NCBI GenBank assembly: GCA_019244185.1
Contig: JAFATB010000019.1
Coordinates: 1-64,000, forward strand
Direction of reading: 5' to 3'
Origin: Acidobacteriota bacterium
GTDB taxonomy: Bacteria > Acidobacteriota > Thermoanaerobaculia > Gp7-AA8
Length of the DNA: 64,000 nucleotides
Notes under the pieces: generated by a model
Databases searched by the model: none
What the model was told of the DNA's origin: nothing
The model's input: the letters and a program-made list of their open reading frames with translations, nothing else
Translations under genes and position numbers: made by a program
Part shown: piece by piece, positions 43,581 to 52,377 of the stretch
How the letters are laid out: each line of letters begins with the position of its first letter
How positions within the stretch are numbered: position 1 is the first letter of the stretch

Positions 43581-44821
43581 GCGCGGTGATAGAGACCAAA
43601 TCGACCTACGACGTCGCGGCGGTCCGCCGCGACTTCCCCATCCTCGCGCGCGACGTGCGCGGCAAACGCCTCGTCTATCTCGACAACGCGGCCACGACGC
43701 AGAAGCCGCGGCAGGTGATCGATCGCCTCGTGCGCTATTACTCGGAAGAGAACTCGAACGTGCACCGCGGCGTGCACTACCTCTCCGAGCTGGCCACGCT
43801 CGAGTACGAGAACGCGCGCGCGTACATCCGCCGCTTCCTCAACGCGCGCGACGAGAAAGAGATCGTCTTCACGCGCGGCACGACCGAGTCGATCAACCTC
43901 GTCGCGCAGACGTGGGGCCGCGCGAACGTGCGCGAAGGCGACGAGATCCTCATCTCCGCCATCGAGCATCACTCGAACATCGTGCCGTGGCAGATGCTCT
44001 GCGCCGAGAAACAGGCGTCGCTACGTATCATCCCGGTCTTCGACAACGGCGAGCTCGATCTCGACGCGTACGAGCGCATGCTGAATCCGCGCGTGAAGCT
44101 CGTCGCGGTCGGCCACGCGTCGAACGCCCTCGGCACGATCAATCCGCTGCGGCGCATCATCGGCGCGGCGCACGCGAACGGCTCGCTCGTCCTCGTCGAC
44201 GGCGCGCAGGGCGTACCGCATCTCACCGTCGATCTGCAGGCGCTCGACTGCGACTTCTACGCGTTCTCCGGCCACAAGGTCTACGGACCGACCGGCATCG
44301 GCGTGCTGTACGGCAAGCAGGAGCTGCTCGAGGCGATGCCGCCGTGGCAGGGCGGCGGCGACATGATCCTCTCGGTCTCGTTCGAGAAGACGACGTACAA
44401 CGCGCTGCCATACAAGTTCGAAGCCGGCACGCCGAACATCGCCGGCGCGATCGGCCTCGCCGCCGCATTGCAGTACGTCGCCTCGATCGGCCTCGATGCG
44501 ATCGCCGCATACGAACACGAGCTGCTCGTCTACGCGGCGGCGCGCCTCCAGGAAATCGAAGGGCTCCGCCTCATCGGCACCGCGCGCGGGAAGGCGGCCG
44601 TGATCTCGTTCGTGCTCGAAGGCGTGCATCCGCACGACATCGGCACGGTGCTCGATCAGGAAGGCATCGCCGTGCGCACGGGACATCACTGCGCGCAGCC
44701 GCTCATGATGCGTTTCAACGTGCCCGCGACCGGACGCGCGTCGTTCGGCCTCTACAACACGCGCGAGGAAGCGGACGCGCTCGTCGCCGGCCTGCACAAA
44801 GTCATCGAGGTGTTTCGTTAA
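43577..44821 (+). CDS. sufS: Cysteine desulfurase, group II
   Basis: YLDNAATTQKP, NVHRG, EHHSNIVPW, SGHK, FEAGTP, RTGHHCAQP. Confidence 0.97.
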   Translation: MSAVIETKSTYDVAAVRRDFPILARDVRGKRLVYLDNAATTQKPRQVIDRLVRYYSEENSNVHRGVHYLSELATLEYENARAYIRRFLNARDEKEIVFTRGTTESINLVAQTWGRANVREGDEILISAIEHHSNIVPWQMLCAEKQASLRIIPVFDNGELDLDAYERMLNPRVKLVAVGHASNALGTINPLRRIIGAAHANGSLVLVDGAQGVPHLTVDLQALDCDFYAFSGHKVYGPTGIGVLYGKQELLEAMPPWQGGGDMILSVSFEKTTYNALPYKFEAGTPNIAGAIGLAAALQYVASIGLDAIAAYEHELLVYAAARLQEIEGLRLIGTARGKAAVISFVLEGVHPHDIGTVLDQEGIAVRTGHHCAQPLMMRFNVPATGRASFGLYNTREEADALVAGLHKVIEVFR

Positions 44822-45270
44822 TGTCCGATCTGCGCGAGCTCTACCAACAGGTCATCCTCGACCACAACAAGAATCCGCGGAACTTTCACGCGATGCCGGA
44901 TGCGTCGCGCACCGTCGACGGGTACAACCCGCTCTGCGGCGATCACTACACGATCTTCCTGCGCCTCGACGGCGAAACGATCCGCGAGGTGAGCTTCACC
45001 GGCAGCGGCTGCGCGATCTCGAAAGCGTCCGCGTCCGTGATGAGCTCCACCGTCAAAGGGAAATCGAAGGAAGAAGCGGGACAGCTGTTCGACACGTTCC
45101 ATCGCCTCGTCACCGGCGACGCGAGCGGGCTCAGCGCGGCAGAACTGGGGCGCCTCGCCGCGTTCTCAGGAGTGAGTGAGTTTCCGGCTCGCGTGAAGTG
45201 CGCGACTCTGGCTTGGCATACGCTCAGGAGCGCGCTCGAAGGCACCGAGGAAAAGGTCAGCACCGAATGA
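44821..45270 (+). CDS. sufU: SUF system NifU-family sulfur transfer protein
   Basis: LYQQVILDH, NPLCGD, GCAISKASAS, FPARVKCATLAW. Confidence 0.95.
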   Translation: MSDLRELYQQVILDHNKNPRNFHAMPDASRTVDGYNPLCGDHYTIFLRLDGETIREVSFTGSGCAISKASASVMSSTVKGKSKEEAGQLFDTFHRLVTGDASGLSAAELGRLAAFSGVSEFPARVKCATLAWHTLRSALEGTEEKVSTE

Positions 45271-45815
45271 GAGAAGAAGTCACGTTCAGCCGCAACGCCG
45301 AAGCCATCATGATCCCCAGCGGGGAACGCGTCCTCGTGCCTCAGGGCTCGCAGGCCACCATCACGCAAGCCCTCGGCGGCGCATTCACCCTCATCACCGA
45401 GCGCGGCCTCATGGTCCGCATCTCCGGCAAGGAAGTCGAAGCCATCGGCAAGGAGCCGCAGGAGTCGAACGAGATCAAGCCCGAGGATCTGACGCCGGAG
45501 AAGATCGAGTCGATGGTGTGGGAAGCGCTCAAGACCTGCTACGACCCGGAGATCCCGGTCAACATCGTCGACCTCGGCCTCGTCTATCTCTGCGAGCTGC
45601 AGGAGGGCGAAGAGGGCGGGAAGAAGGTGCACGTGAAGATGACGCTCACCGCACCCGGCTGCGGCATGGGTCCGGTGCTCGCCAGTGACGTGCGGATGAA
45701 GCTCGAAGCGCTGCCCGGCGTGAAGCAAGCCGACGTCGAAGTCGTCTTCGATCCGGTGTGGGACCGCAGCATGATGAGCGAGGCCGCGCGCCTGCAGCTC
45801 GGCATGATGTGGTGA
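45267..45815 (+). CDS. sufT: DUF59 Fe-S assembly protein SufT
   Basis: ITQALGG, CYDPEIPVNIVDLGLVY, MTLTAPGCGMG, MSEAARLQLGM. Confidence 0.93.
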   Translation: MREEVTFSRNAEAIMIPSGERVLVPQGSQATITQALGGAFTLITERGLMVRISGKEVEAIGKEPQESNEIKPEDLTPEKIESMVWEALKTCYDPEIPVNIVDLGLVYLCELQEGEEGGKKVHVKMTLTAPGCGMGPVLASDVRMKLEALPGVKQADVEVVFDPVWDRSMMSEAARLQLGMMW

Positions 45816-45822
45816 CGCGCCG

Positions 45823-47979
45823 TCAGGCGAGCAGCTGCTTGAGGTACGCGGCCACCTCGCGTCCGTTCTCGTCCCAGTAGTGCGTGTGCGCACCCGCGCC
45901 GCAGCAGAAGTCCGTGCAGCCGTCGACCGCATTCGGATTGCTGCGGATCCAAAGGCGCGCGTTCGCGTCGCCCGTCCACATGTTCCGCCCGACGTAGTCG
46001 CCGCTGCGATACGTGTTCGCCCATTCCTGCAGCGTGAGCGTGGTCGGATCGGGCGCGGTCAGCTGCGGGGCGGCGCCGTGGATCCAATCGTAGAGGTGCG
46101 GGAACGCCTGCGCGTAGATCTGCCGCAGCGGCGAGCCCATCGTGAAGAGACGCAGCGGAATGTGCTGCGGGTGCGTGTCGTCGTTGATCAGTCGCAGCTT
46201 CGCGTCAGGACGCGCGTTGAGATAGCGCAGCACGTCAGCCGAGATGACGGTGCCCTGGCTGTGCGCGACGATCACGATGCGGTCGTACGGCCGTCCGTCC
46301 GCGTCGCGCCATTCGCAGAGATGCCGCAGCAGCGAGACGTAGCGCTCCGCGATGCGCGCGCGCGGCGTGGCGTTGGCGGGACTCTGGCGCATGTAGTTGT
46401 CGATGTCGAGCACGACGTCGACCGCCGCGCGGAACGTGCCGATGAAGTACTTGCTGGTGAGGAGTAGCGCGATGATGGCGGCGGTGCCGCTGAGCAGCGT
46501 CAGACGCCATGGGTCGAGGAACTGCATCCCTCCGGTAATCGCAACCACCAGCACGAAGACCAAGGCGAACGTGAAGGATTCCGCCACGCGCACGATCCAG
46601 CGCATCCCGGCGGTGAGCCAGTCGCCGAGTTGTTCCGATTCCACATCGCCTGACGTGTGCGGGTGTCGCAACTCGGCGACGATCGATGGCCCTGTCGCCA
46701 CGAGCACGGTGACGATGAACAAAAACATCGCGAGCGTGTAGAACTCGAGTCCGCGCGCACTCTGCTTCAGCATGTCGCCGAGGTGGTCGGACACCGACAC
46801 GACCGGAGCAACGCGCCCGATCGACTGGACGAGCAGGTCCCAAATCGCCAGCGTGAACAGGACGAATACCGCCGCCGGCATGCCGAGGCTGAAGCGCGCG
46901 GTCCACGCAGCGGCACGCGCCTGGTCCCGCTGGTTTCGCGGGGTCATGCGAACGGCAACAACGCCCGCGATCGCGGCGAGCGTCGCCGTGAGGAAGAAAA
47001 GAGCCCAAGCGACACCGACAGCCGGGAAAAGAAGCCGTCCCGCATCCACCGTGGCGATATATACGTCGGCTTTGCTCGAAGCGTACGTGCCGATGAGGAA
47101 CACGATCGTCACGCCTGCCGCGACGAGCGCCGCGGCGACGCCGAACGCGACCGCGCCGTTCTTCATCTGCTGATAGCTGATCGCTACACCAATGCACGCA
47201 CCGGCGGCGATGACCGCCGCTTCGATCGCGAGCACGAGATAGGGGTTCCGGCCGTGCACGAGCAACCATGTGACGGTCGCCGCAACGATGACGATCGGCA
47301 ACCACCAGCGCCACAGCAGCGGCGCGGTCGCGCGCTTGCACATGACGAGCAGCGCGATGCCGGCGAGGATCACCGTCCCCGCCACGAGCGTCGCGGGCTT
47401 CTGATACGCCTCCGGCAGTTCCGCCGACGCGACGACGAGCACCAGCGAGAACAGCACGAGATTCAGCAGCGCCGCCGGCACGGTGAGCAGCCACACCGCG
47501 AAGGTCTGCAGCAGCACCGCGATCCTCCACGGCCGCCGGTTGTTCTGTGCGGACGACGCGGCCTGCAGCGAGTTCCGGCCGAGGCTCGGCAGGTGCAGGA
47601 TCAATTGATAGACCTCGGCGATCAACCGGTACCACGTCTCGCCCGCGCGCGAGAGATCGGCCCAGTACATCTCGTACACGTGCACTGGCGCCGTGTCGTC
47701 GATGCGCCGCCCTTCGAGACGCACCGTTTCGTAGACCGCGGCCGTATCCGCCCGCGGATAGTCTTTGAGTTGCTCGTACATGTACTGGAGGCCCGCGGGC
47801 GACTCGATCTCGTCGCCGGGCTCGAGCCGCGCCCGCGAGACGCGCAGCGACACTTCGCTGAACGAGCTGTACGCCTCGTCGTGACAGAGCAGATCGGCGA
47901 CGGCGCGCGCCGACTCGGCCGGCTTCTGGTCCGCGACTCCGTGAACTGCGACCACTGCGACAGCCTTCGGCTTCGGCAT
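45823..47979 (-). CDS. Alpha/beta hydrolase-like protein interrupted by a large multi-TM insertion
   Basis: VHGV near the N-terminus, EMYWADL, many TM helices, then VAHSQG, TMGSPL, DYVG, AHTHYW; GAGGTG RBS. Confidence 0.8.
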   Translation of the reverse strand: MPKPKAVAVVAVHGVADQKPAESARAVADLLCHDEAYSSFSEVSLRVSRARLEPGDEIESPAGLQYMYEQLKDYPRADTAAVYETVRLEGRRIDDTAPVHVYEMYWADLSRAGETWYRLIAEVYQLILHLPSLGRNSLQAASSAQNNRRPWRIAVLLQTFAVWLLTVPAALLNLVLFSLVLVVASAELPEAYQKPATLVAGTVILAGIALLVMCKRATAPLLWRWWLPIVIVAATVTWLLVHGRNPYLVLAIEAAVIAAGACIGVAISYQQMKNGAVAFGVAAALVAAGVTIVFLIGTYASSKADVYIATVDAGRLLFPAVGVAWALFFLTATLAAIAGVVAVRMTPRNQRDQARAAAWTARFSLGMPAAVFVLFTLAIWDLLVQSIGRVAPVVSVSDHLGDMLKQSARGLEFYTLAMFLFIVTVLVATGPSIVAELRHPHTSGDVESEQLGDWLTAGMRWIVRVAESFTFALVFVLVVAITGGMQFLDPWRLTLLSGTAAIIALLLTSKYFIGTFRAAVDVVLDIDNYMRQSPANATPRARIAERYVSLLRHLCEWRDADGRPYDRIVIVAHSQGTVISADVLRYLNARPDAKLRLINDDTHPQHIPLRLFTMGSPLRQIYAQAFPHLYDWIHGAAPQLTAPDPTTLTLQEWANTYRSGDYVGRNMWTGDANARLWIRSNPNAVDGCTDFCCGAGAHTHYWDENGREVAAYLKQLLA

Positions 47980-48104
47980 GGCGTTCACCTCGATTTTTGC
48001 GATGTCCTTGCGCTTGTAGGGAGGGACACAAGTGTACTTCTCCCCCGCTGCGGAAGGAGGGGCGGCGGTACAATGCGCCGATCTCATCCAATCCGGAGCA
48101 GCGA

Positions 48105-48701
48105 ATGGCGTTTTGCGCGTACTGTGGAACTCAGGTCGCCGCGGTGTCGTACGCCGCGTGTGCGACGTGCGGCAATTCGACGAACGGCGCGCCGCGGCCG
48201 CAGGTGCCGGCGGGCGGCTCGAACGTGGCCACGATCGCCATCATCGTGATCGTCATTGGCGTGTTCTTCGTCGCGATCGCCGGCATTCTCGCGGCGATCG
48301 CGGTGCCCAATTTCCTTACGGCGATGCAGCGAGCGAAGCAGAAGCGGACGATGGCCGACATGCGCGCGCTCGCGATCGCGGTGGAGGCATACGCGACGGA
48401 TCACAACGTGTATCCGCGCGCCGAGGACCTCACCTCGCTCCAGTCCGTGCTCACGCCGACGTACGTCAAAGCCATGCCGAAGACCGACGCCTGGGACCAT
48501 CCGCTGCGCTACCAATGCTGGCCCGAGCCGCAGTGCCAGACGTACTCGGTCGGCAGCGCCGGCAAAGACGGGCGATGGGAGCACGAGTCGCTGCAGGACT
48601 ACGACGCGAGGAGCGGCGGCGCGACCACGAAGTTCGACTGCGACATCGTCTTCACGAACGGCTCGTTCGTGCAGTATCCCGAAGGCGTGCAGGTGAAATA
48701 G
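48105..48701 (+). CDS. Zinc-ribbon plus GspG/pseudopilin-like protein without a prepilin cleavage site
   Basis: CAYC...CATC, TM, IAGILAAIAVPNF...KRTMADMRALAIAVEAYATDHNVYP...DAWDHPLRY...SAGKDG. Confidence 0.85.
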   Translation: MAFCAYCGTQVAAVSYAACATCGNSTNGAPRPQVPAGGSNVATIAIIVIVIGVFFVAIAGILAAIAVPNFLTAMQRAKQKRTMADMRALAIAVEAYATDHNVYPRAEDLTSLQSVLTPTYVKAMPKTDAWDHPLRYQCWPEPQCQTYSVGSAGKDGRWEHESLQDYDARSGGATTKFDCDIVFTNGSFVQYPEGVQVK

Positions 48702-48703
48702 CC

Positions 48704-49039
48704 ATGTACTGCACGAACTGCGGACATCAACGCGCCGACGCCGACCTCACGTGCACGCAATGCGGAGCGCGCGTGCGCACCTTCCCGCCGCCGCCCGTCA
48801 TCCCGAACTATCTCGTGCAGTCGATTCTGGTCACGCTCTGCTGCTGCCTGCCGGCCGGCATCGTGGCCATCGTCTTCAGCGCGCAGGTGAACTCGAAGCT
48901 CGCCGCAGGCGACGTCGCCGGAGCGAAGGCGGCCTCGCAGAACGCGAAGACCTGGGCCTGGGTGGCGTTCGGCGTCGGAGTCGCGATCGCGCTCGTCAAA
49001 GTCGTACTCGTCGCCATCGCGGCGATGCACAATGGTTGA
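48704..49039 (+). CDS. CD225/dispanin family protein with zinc ribbon (1)
   Basis: CTNC...CTQC; PNYLVQSILVTLCCCLPAGIVAIVFSAQV...GDVAGAKAASQNAK. Confidence 0.9.
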   Translation: MYCTNCGHQRADADLTCTQCGARVRTFPPPPVIPNYLVQSILVTLCCCLPAGIVAIVFSAQVNSKLAAGDVAGAKAASQNAKTWAWVAFGVGVAIALVKVVLVAIAAMHNG

Positions 49040-49055
49040 AGGAGAACAACGAGCC

Positions 49056-49502
49056 GTGAATTGTCCGAACTGCGGAACGACGAACCTCGACAACGCAACG
49101 CTCTGCATCAACTGCGGACGCCCGCTCACCACCGCGAGCGCAGCGCCTCCACAGCCGCCGGTGCAGTCGTACACGCCGCCCCCGCCACCGCCTCCCGGCG
49201 GCTCGCCGGGGATGGCGCCGCCGATGCCCGGCATGATGCCCGGCCCGGTGATTCCGAACTATCTCGTGCACTCGATCATCGCCACGCTCTGCTGCTGTCT
49301 GCCCCTCGGCATCGTCGCGATCATCTTCTCCGCGCAGGTGAATCAGAAGCTCGCCATCGGCGACGTGGCCGGCGCGCAAGAAGCGTCGAACAAGGCCAAG
49401 CTCTTCTGCTGGATCTCGTTCGGCATCGGCATCGTCGGCATCGCGCTGGCCTTCCTGATCAACGGAGCGGCGTTCCTTGCGGCGCTTCACAATCATATGT
49501 AG
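49056..49502 (+). CDS. CD225/dispanin family protein with zinc ribbon and Pro-rich linker (2)
   Basis: CPNC...CINC; SYTPPPPPPPGG; PNYLVHSIIATLCCCLPLGIVAIIFSAQV...GDVAGAQEASNKAK; AAGGAG RBS. Confidence 0.9.
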   Translation: MNCPNCGTTNLDNATLCINCGRPLTTASAAPPQPPVQSYTPPPPPPPGGSPGMAPPMPGMMPGPVIPNYLVHSIIATLCCCLPLGIVAIIFSAQVNQKLAIGDVAGAQEASNKAKLFCWISFGIGIVGIALAFLINGAAFLAALHNHM

Positions 49503-49842
49503 CAGCGCGATCGCGGCGGCGGGCGCGTGGGTGGTCTACACCTTCGCGCCCGCGGGCAACGCGTGGTTCCCGCAGTGCGTCTTTCATCAGCTGACGGGCC
49601 TCGACTGCCCCGGCTGCGGCTCGACGCGCGCGCTGCATGCGCTGCTGCACGGCGACGTCGCCGCGGCGTGGCGCTTCAATCCGATTCTGTTCGTGTTCGC
49701 GGCGGTCGCGCTGTGCGCCGTGCCGAGCCTCGCGCGCGGCGAGGAGCCGCGCTTCTACAAGACGCCGTGGTTCGGCTGGACGAGCGTCGTCGTGGTGACC
49801 GGCTACTGGATCGTGCGGAACACGCCGCTCTGGCCGTACTGA
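49477..49842 (+). CDS. DUF2752 domain membrane protein
   Basis: PQCVFHQLTGLDCPGCGSTRALHALLHGD...FNP...WIVRN; exact start uncertain. Confidence 0.9.
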   Translation: MRRFTIICSSAIAAAGAWVVYTFAPAGNAWFPQCVFHQLTGLDCPGCGSTRALHALLHGDVAAAWRFNPILFVFAAVALCAVPSLARGEEPRFYKTPWFGWTSVVVVTGYWIVRNTPLWPY

Positions 49843-49893
49843 CTCAGCGCTGAGCGGGTGCCGGACGCCGCATGGCATCCGGCACCACGCATC

Positions 49894-50238
49894 TCAGCGA
49901 TGGTCGTTGAAGAAAGTCCACTGGCCGACGGGGAAGCCGGCCTTCAGCTGCTGCGCCTGCAGGTAACCGTCGATCGCGCCGGCGATGGCGACCAGTCCCG
50001 CGCCCGCGCCGCACGTCGGGATGCCGATGGCGAAGCAGAGGATGATGGCCACGATGCCTTTCACCTTCTGCCCCATGATGATGTAGCCGACGCCGCCGAA
50101 GAGCAGCAGGTTGAGGATCAACACGATCACCGGATCCTTCGGCGGAGTGGTCGGATAAACGAGCTCACCGCCGGCTCCGCCCGTGGGCGGCGTGGCGGGC
50201 GGCGGCGTGTACGGCGGAGGAGGAGGAACGGAAGTCAT
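49894..50238 (-). CDS. Small Pro-rich membrane protein, TM2-like
   Basis: PPPPPYTPPP N-terminus; KDPVIVLILNLLLFGGVGYIIMGQKVKG...AIDGY. Confidence 0.75.
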   Translation of the reverse strand: MTSVPPPPPYTPPPATPPTGGAGGELVYPTTPPKDPVIVLILNLLLFGGVGYIIMGQKVKGIVAIILCFAIGIPTCGAGAGLVAIAGAIDGYLQAQQLKAGFPVGQWTFFNDHR

Positions 50239-50247
50239 CGCGTCTCC

Positions 50248-50682
50248 TTACATCTTCTCGGCGAAGTCGGTGATGACCGGGATGCGATAGCGCTGGCCGC
50301 CGACGGCCTTGACGATGCAGATGATGCTGATGACGAGGAAGGCGCACCAGACGATGCAGCTCAACGCACTAATGCCGCAACTGAGGACGCCGCGAAGAAC
50401 GATGCCGAGGATCAGCAATACGATCCACACGACGATTTCCGCGCCGAACAGCGCCACGCCGTTCTTGGCGTGCCACTGCACTTCGGGATCATCTTTCTTC
50501 GCGAAGAACGGCACCAGCGACAGGATGCCGAGGTACGAGAGCACGAGCCAGAGCGTGCGGTCGGAGCTGGCGCCCGGAGTCGGCGTGTAGCCGCCCGGTG
50601 GCGGCGGCGGAGGCGTGTACGACCCACCTCCCGGAGGCGGGGGCGTGGCGGGCGGGATCGTGGGCGGAGGAATCTCGCTCAT
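50248..50682 (-). CDS. DUF4870/Tic20-like membrane protein with Pro-rich N-terminus
   Basis: LSYLGILSLVP...DPEVQWHAKNG...IICIVKAVGGQRYRIPVI; AAGGAG RBS. Confidence 0.85.
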   Translation of the reverse strand: MSEIPPPTIPPATPPPPGGGSYTPPPPPPGGYTPTPGASSDRTLWLVLSYLGILSLVPFFAKKDDPEVQWHAKNGVALFGAEIVVWIVLLILGIVLRGVLSCGISALSCIVWCAFLVISIICIVKAVGGQRYRIPVITDFAEKM

Positions 50683-50724
50683 TTCATCTCCTTGCGTTCG
50701 GCCTGTTTTGGGCGACGCCTGATT

Positions 50725-52377
50725 CTAATCACTTTCGCCGATGCGGGTGAGGCGGCGTTCGGCGGCGAGGATTGGTATCACCGCGAGCAGCGCCGACAGC
50801 GTGAGCGCGATCACGAGCGGCGCGAGAATCACGATGCCGTGCGCGCCGCTGTTCGACACGAGCGTGAAGACGTACTCCATCACCGGCCGCGCCATGAGCA
50901 GCATGATCGCCGCGACGTACGCGAGTGAGACCGCCATGTACGCGAAACCGCCGAGCGAGAGTCCGACCTGCAGCGGGTTCTCCGCGTTGAAGTTCGGCGC
51001 GAGCGCGCCGAGTCCGACGCCGAGACTCACCAGCGTCACCGCGAGCAGCGACGCGCCGAACAGCGTGAACGCCCACACGACCGGCGCGGCGTCGAGCATC
51101 ACGTTCGCCACCGCCGTCAGCAGCAGCGCGAGCAGCGTCAGCGGCGCGGCGTAGACGAGCACCTTCACGACGAGGAACTGCCGGAACGACACCGGCGCCG
51201 TCTGCAAAATCCAGAACGCTTTCCCTTCCGCCGACACCGACGGATACGCGAAGCGCAGACCGATCGCCGCGATGACGAAGCCGGCCATGCCGAGGTTCGC
51301 GTAGGCCACGAGCGTCGCGCGGACGTCGCCGCCGAGCGGCAGCATGCGGATGTTGTACAGATAAATAAAGAGCAGCGCGCCCATCAGAAAGAACTGCGAC
51401 CACTGCGCGACGTCGCGCCCGAGCGTGCGGATCTCCTTGCTCACCATCGCGCGCAGCGGCGGCTCGGCGTTCGCCACCAGCCGGTCGAGCACGCGCGTTG
51501 CCCACGCGGAGCCGAGCGCCACCGGCGCGAGACCTTCACGCGCGCGGACGAACGCGACAAAGTACGTCGCGCGCGCGACGATCGCGAACACCGCGAATGC
51601 GACGAGCGCCGTGATCGCGATGCGCGGCGCGAGCGGAAACGCGTTCGCGTTCGTCATCAGCGTCGCCAGCGACGTGCTCGGATAGAGGTTCATCGACGGC
51701 AGCTCGATCGCGCGCAGCACGCGCCCGACGTCGCCGGTCGAGATCTGCATGAAGAAGCGCTCGGGACGGCTCATGCGGAACGCGATCACGACGCCGGTCA
51801 GCACGAGCACCGCGATCGATGCCACGATCTGATGCACGCGGCGCACGGGAAACCAGCGGACCAGCAGCAGGATGAGCGTCGACGCGAACGACACCGGGAT
51901 CGACAGCAGCAGCGCGAGATTGACGAGCACGATCGCGTAGAACGACGGCGGCTTCGCGAACTGCCGCGCGAACGCGACGAAGAGCGGAATGAGAAAGAGG
52001 TAGACGATGGCCGCGCTCTGCGCGAGCGTCTTGAGCCAGCGCGCGAGCGCGATGCGCAGCTTGCCGCGCGGCGACGCGTGCTGGATGTCGAGATCGAGAT
52101 CCGTAAAGTACGCGCCGATGGCCGCCGTCATCGCCGACGAGAAGAGCACCACGGTCGCCACGAGAAAGACGAGGGCGAGGAGATTGCGCAGCAGTCCGAG
52201 GGCGAAGAAGGGCGTCTCGGCTTCGACTTGAGCGATCGCCCGGAAGAGGCGGCGAAACAGCACGAAGTCGCCGAAGAGGAACGACGCCATCACCGCGAGC
52301 ACGACGCCGGTGCGCGTCGCGTTCGCCGCATCGAACGGCCGCAGTCTGGCGAGCGCGAGGCGGAGCGGCCACATCAC
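50725..52377 (-). CDS. Putative ABC-2 type exporter permease, 12+ TM
   Basis: KEIRTLGRD...SQ, RFAYPSVSAEGKAFWILQTAPV; GTGA overlap with the ddl stop. Confidence 0.8.
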   Translation of the reverse strand: MMWPLRLALARLRPFDAANATRTGVVLAVMASFLFGDFVLFRRLFRAIAQVEAETPFFALGLLRNLLALVFLVATVVLFSSAMTAAIGAYFTDLDLDIQHASPRGKLRIALARWLKTLAQSAAIVYLFLIPLFVAFARQFAKPPSFYAIVLVNLALLLSIPVSFASTLILLLVRWFPVRRVHQIVASIAVLVLTGVVIAFRMSRPERFFMQISTGDVGRVLRAIELPSMNLYPSTSLATLMTNANAFPLAPRIAITALVAFAVFAIVARATYFVAFVRAREGLAPVALGSAWATRVLDRLVANAEPPLRAMVSKEIRTLGRDVAQWSQFFLMGALLFIYLYNIRMLPLGGDVRATLVAYANLGMAGFVIAAIGLRFAYPSVSAEGKAFWILQTAPVSFRQFLVVKVLVYAAPLTLLALLLTAVANVMLDAAPVVWAFTLFGASLLAVTLVSLGVGLGALAPNFNAENPLQVGLSLGGFAYMAVSLAYVAAIMLLMARPVMEYVFTLVSNSGAHGIVILAPLVIALTLSALLAVIPILAAERRLTRIGESD

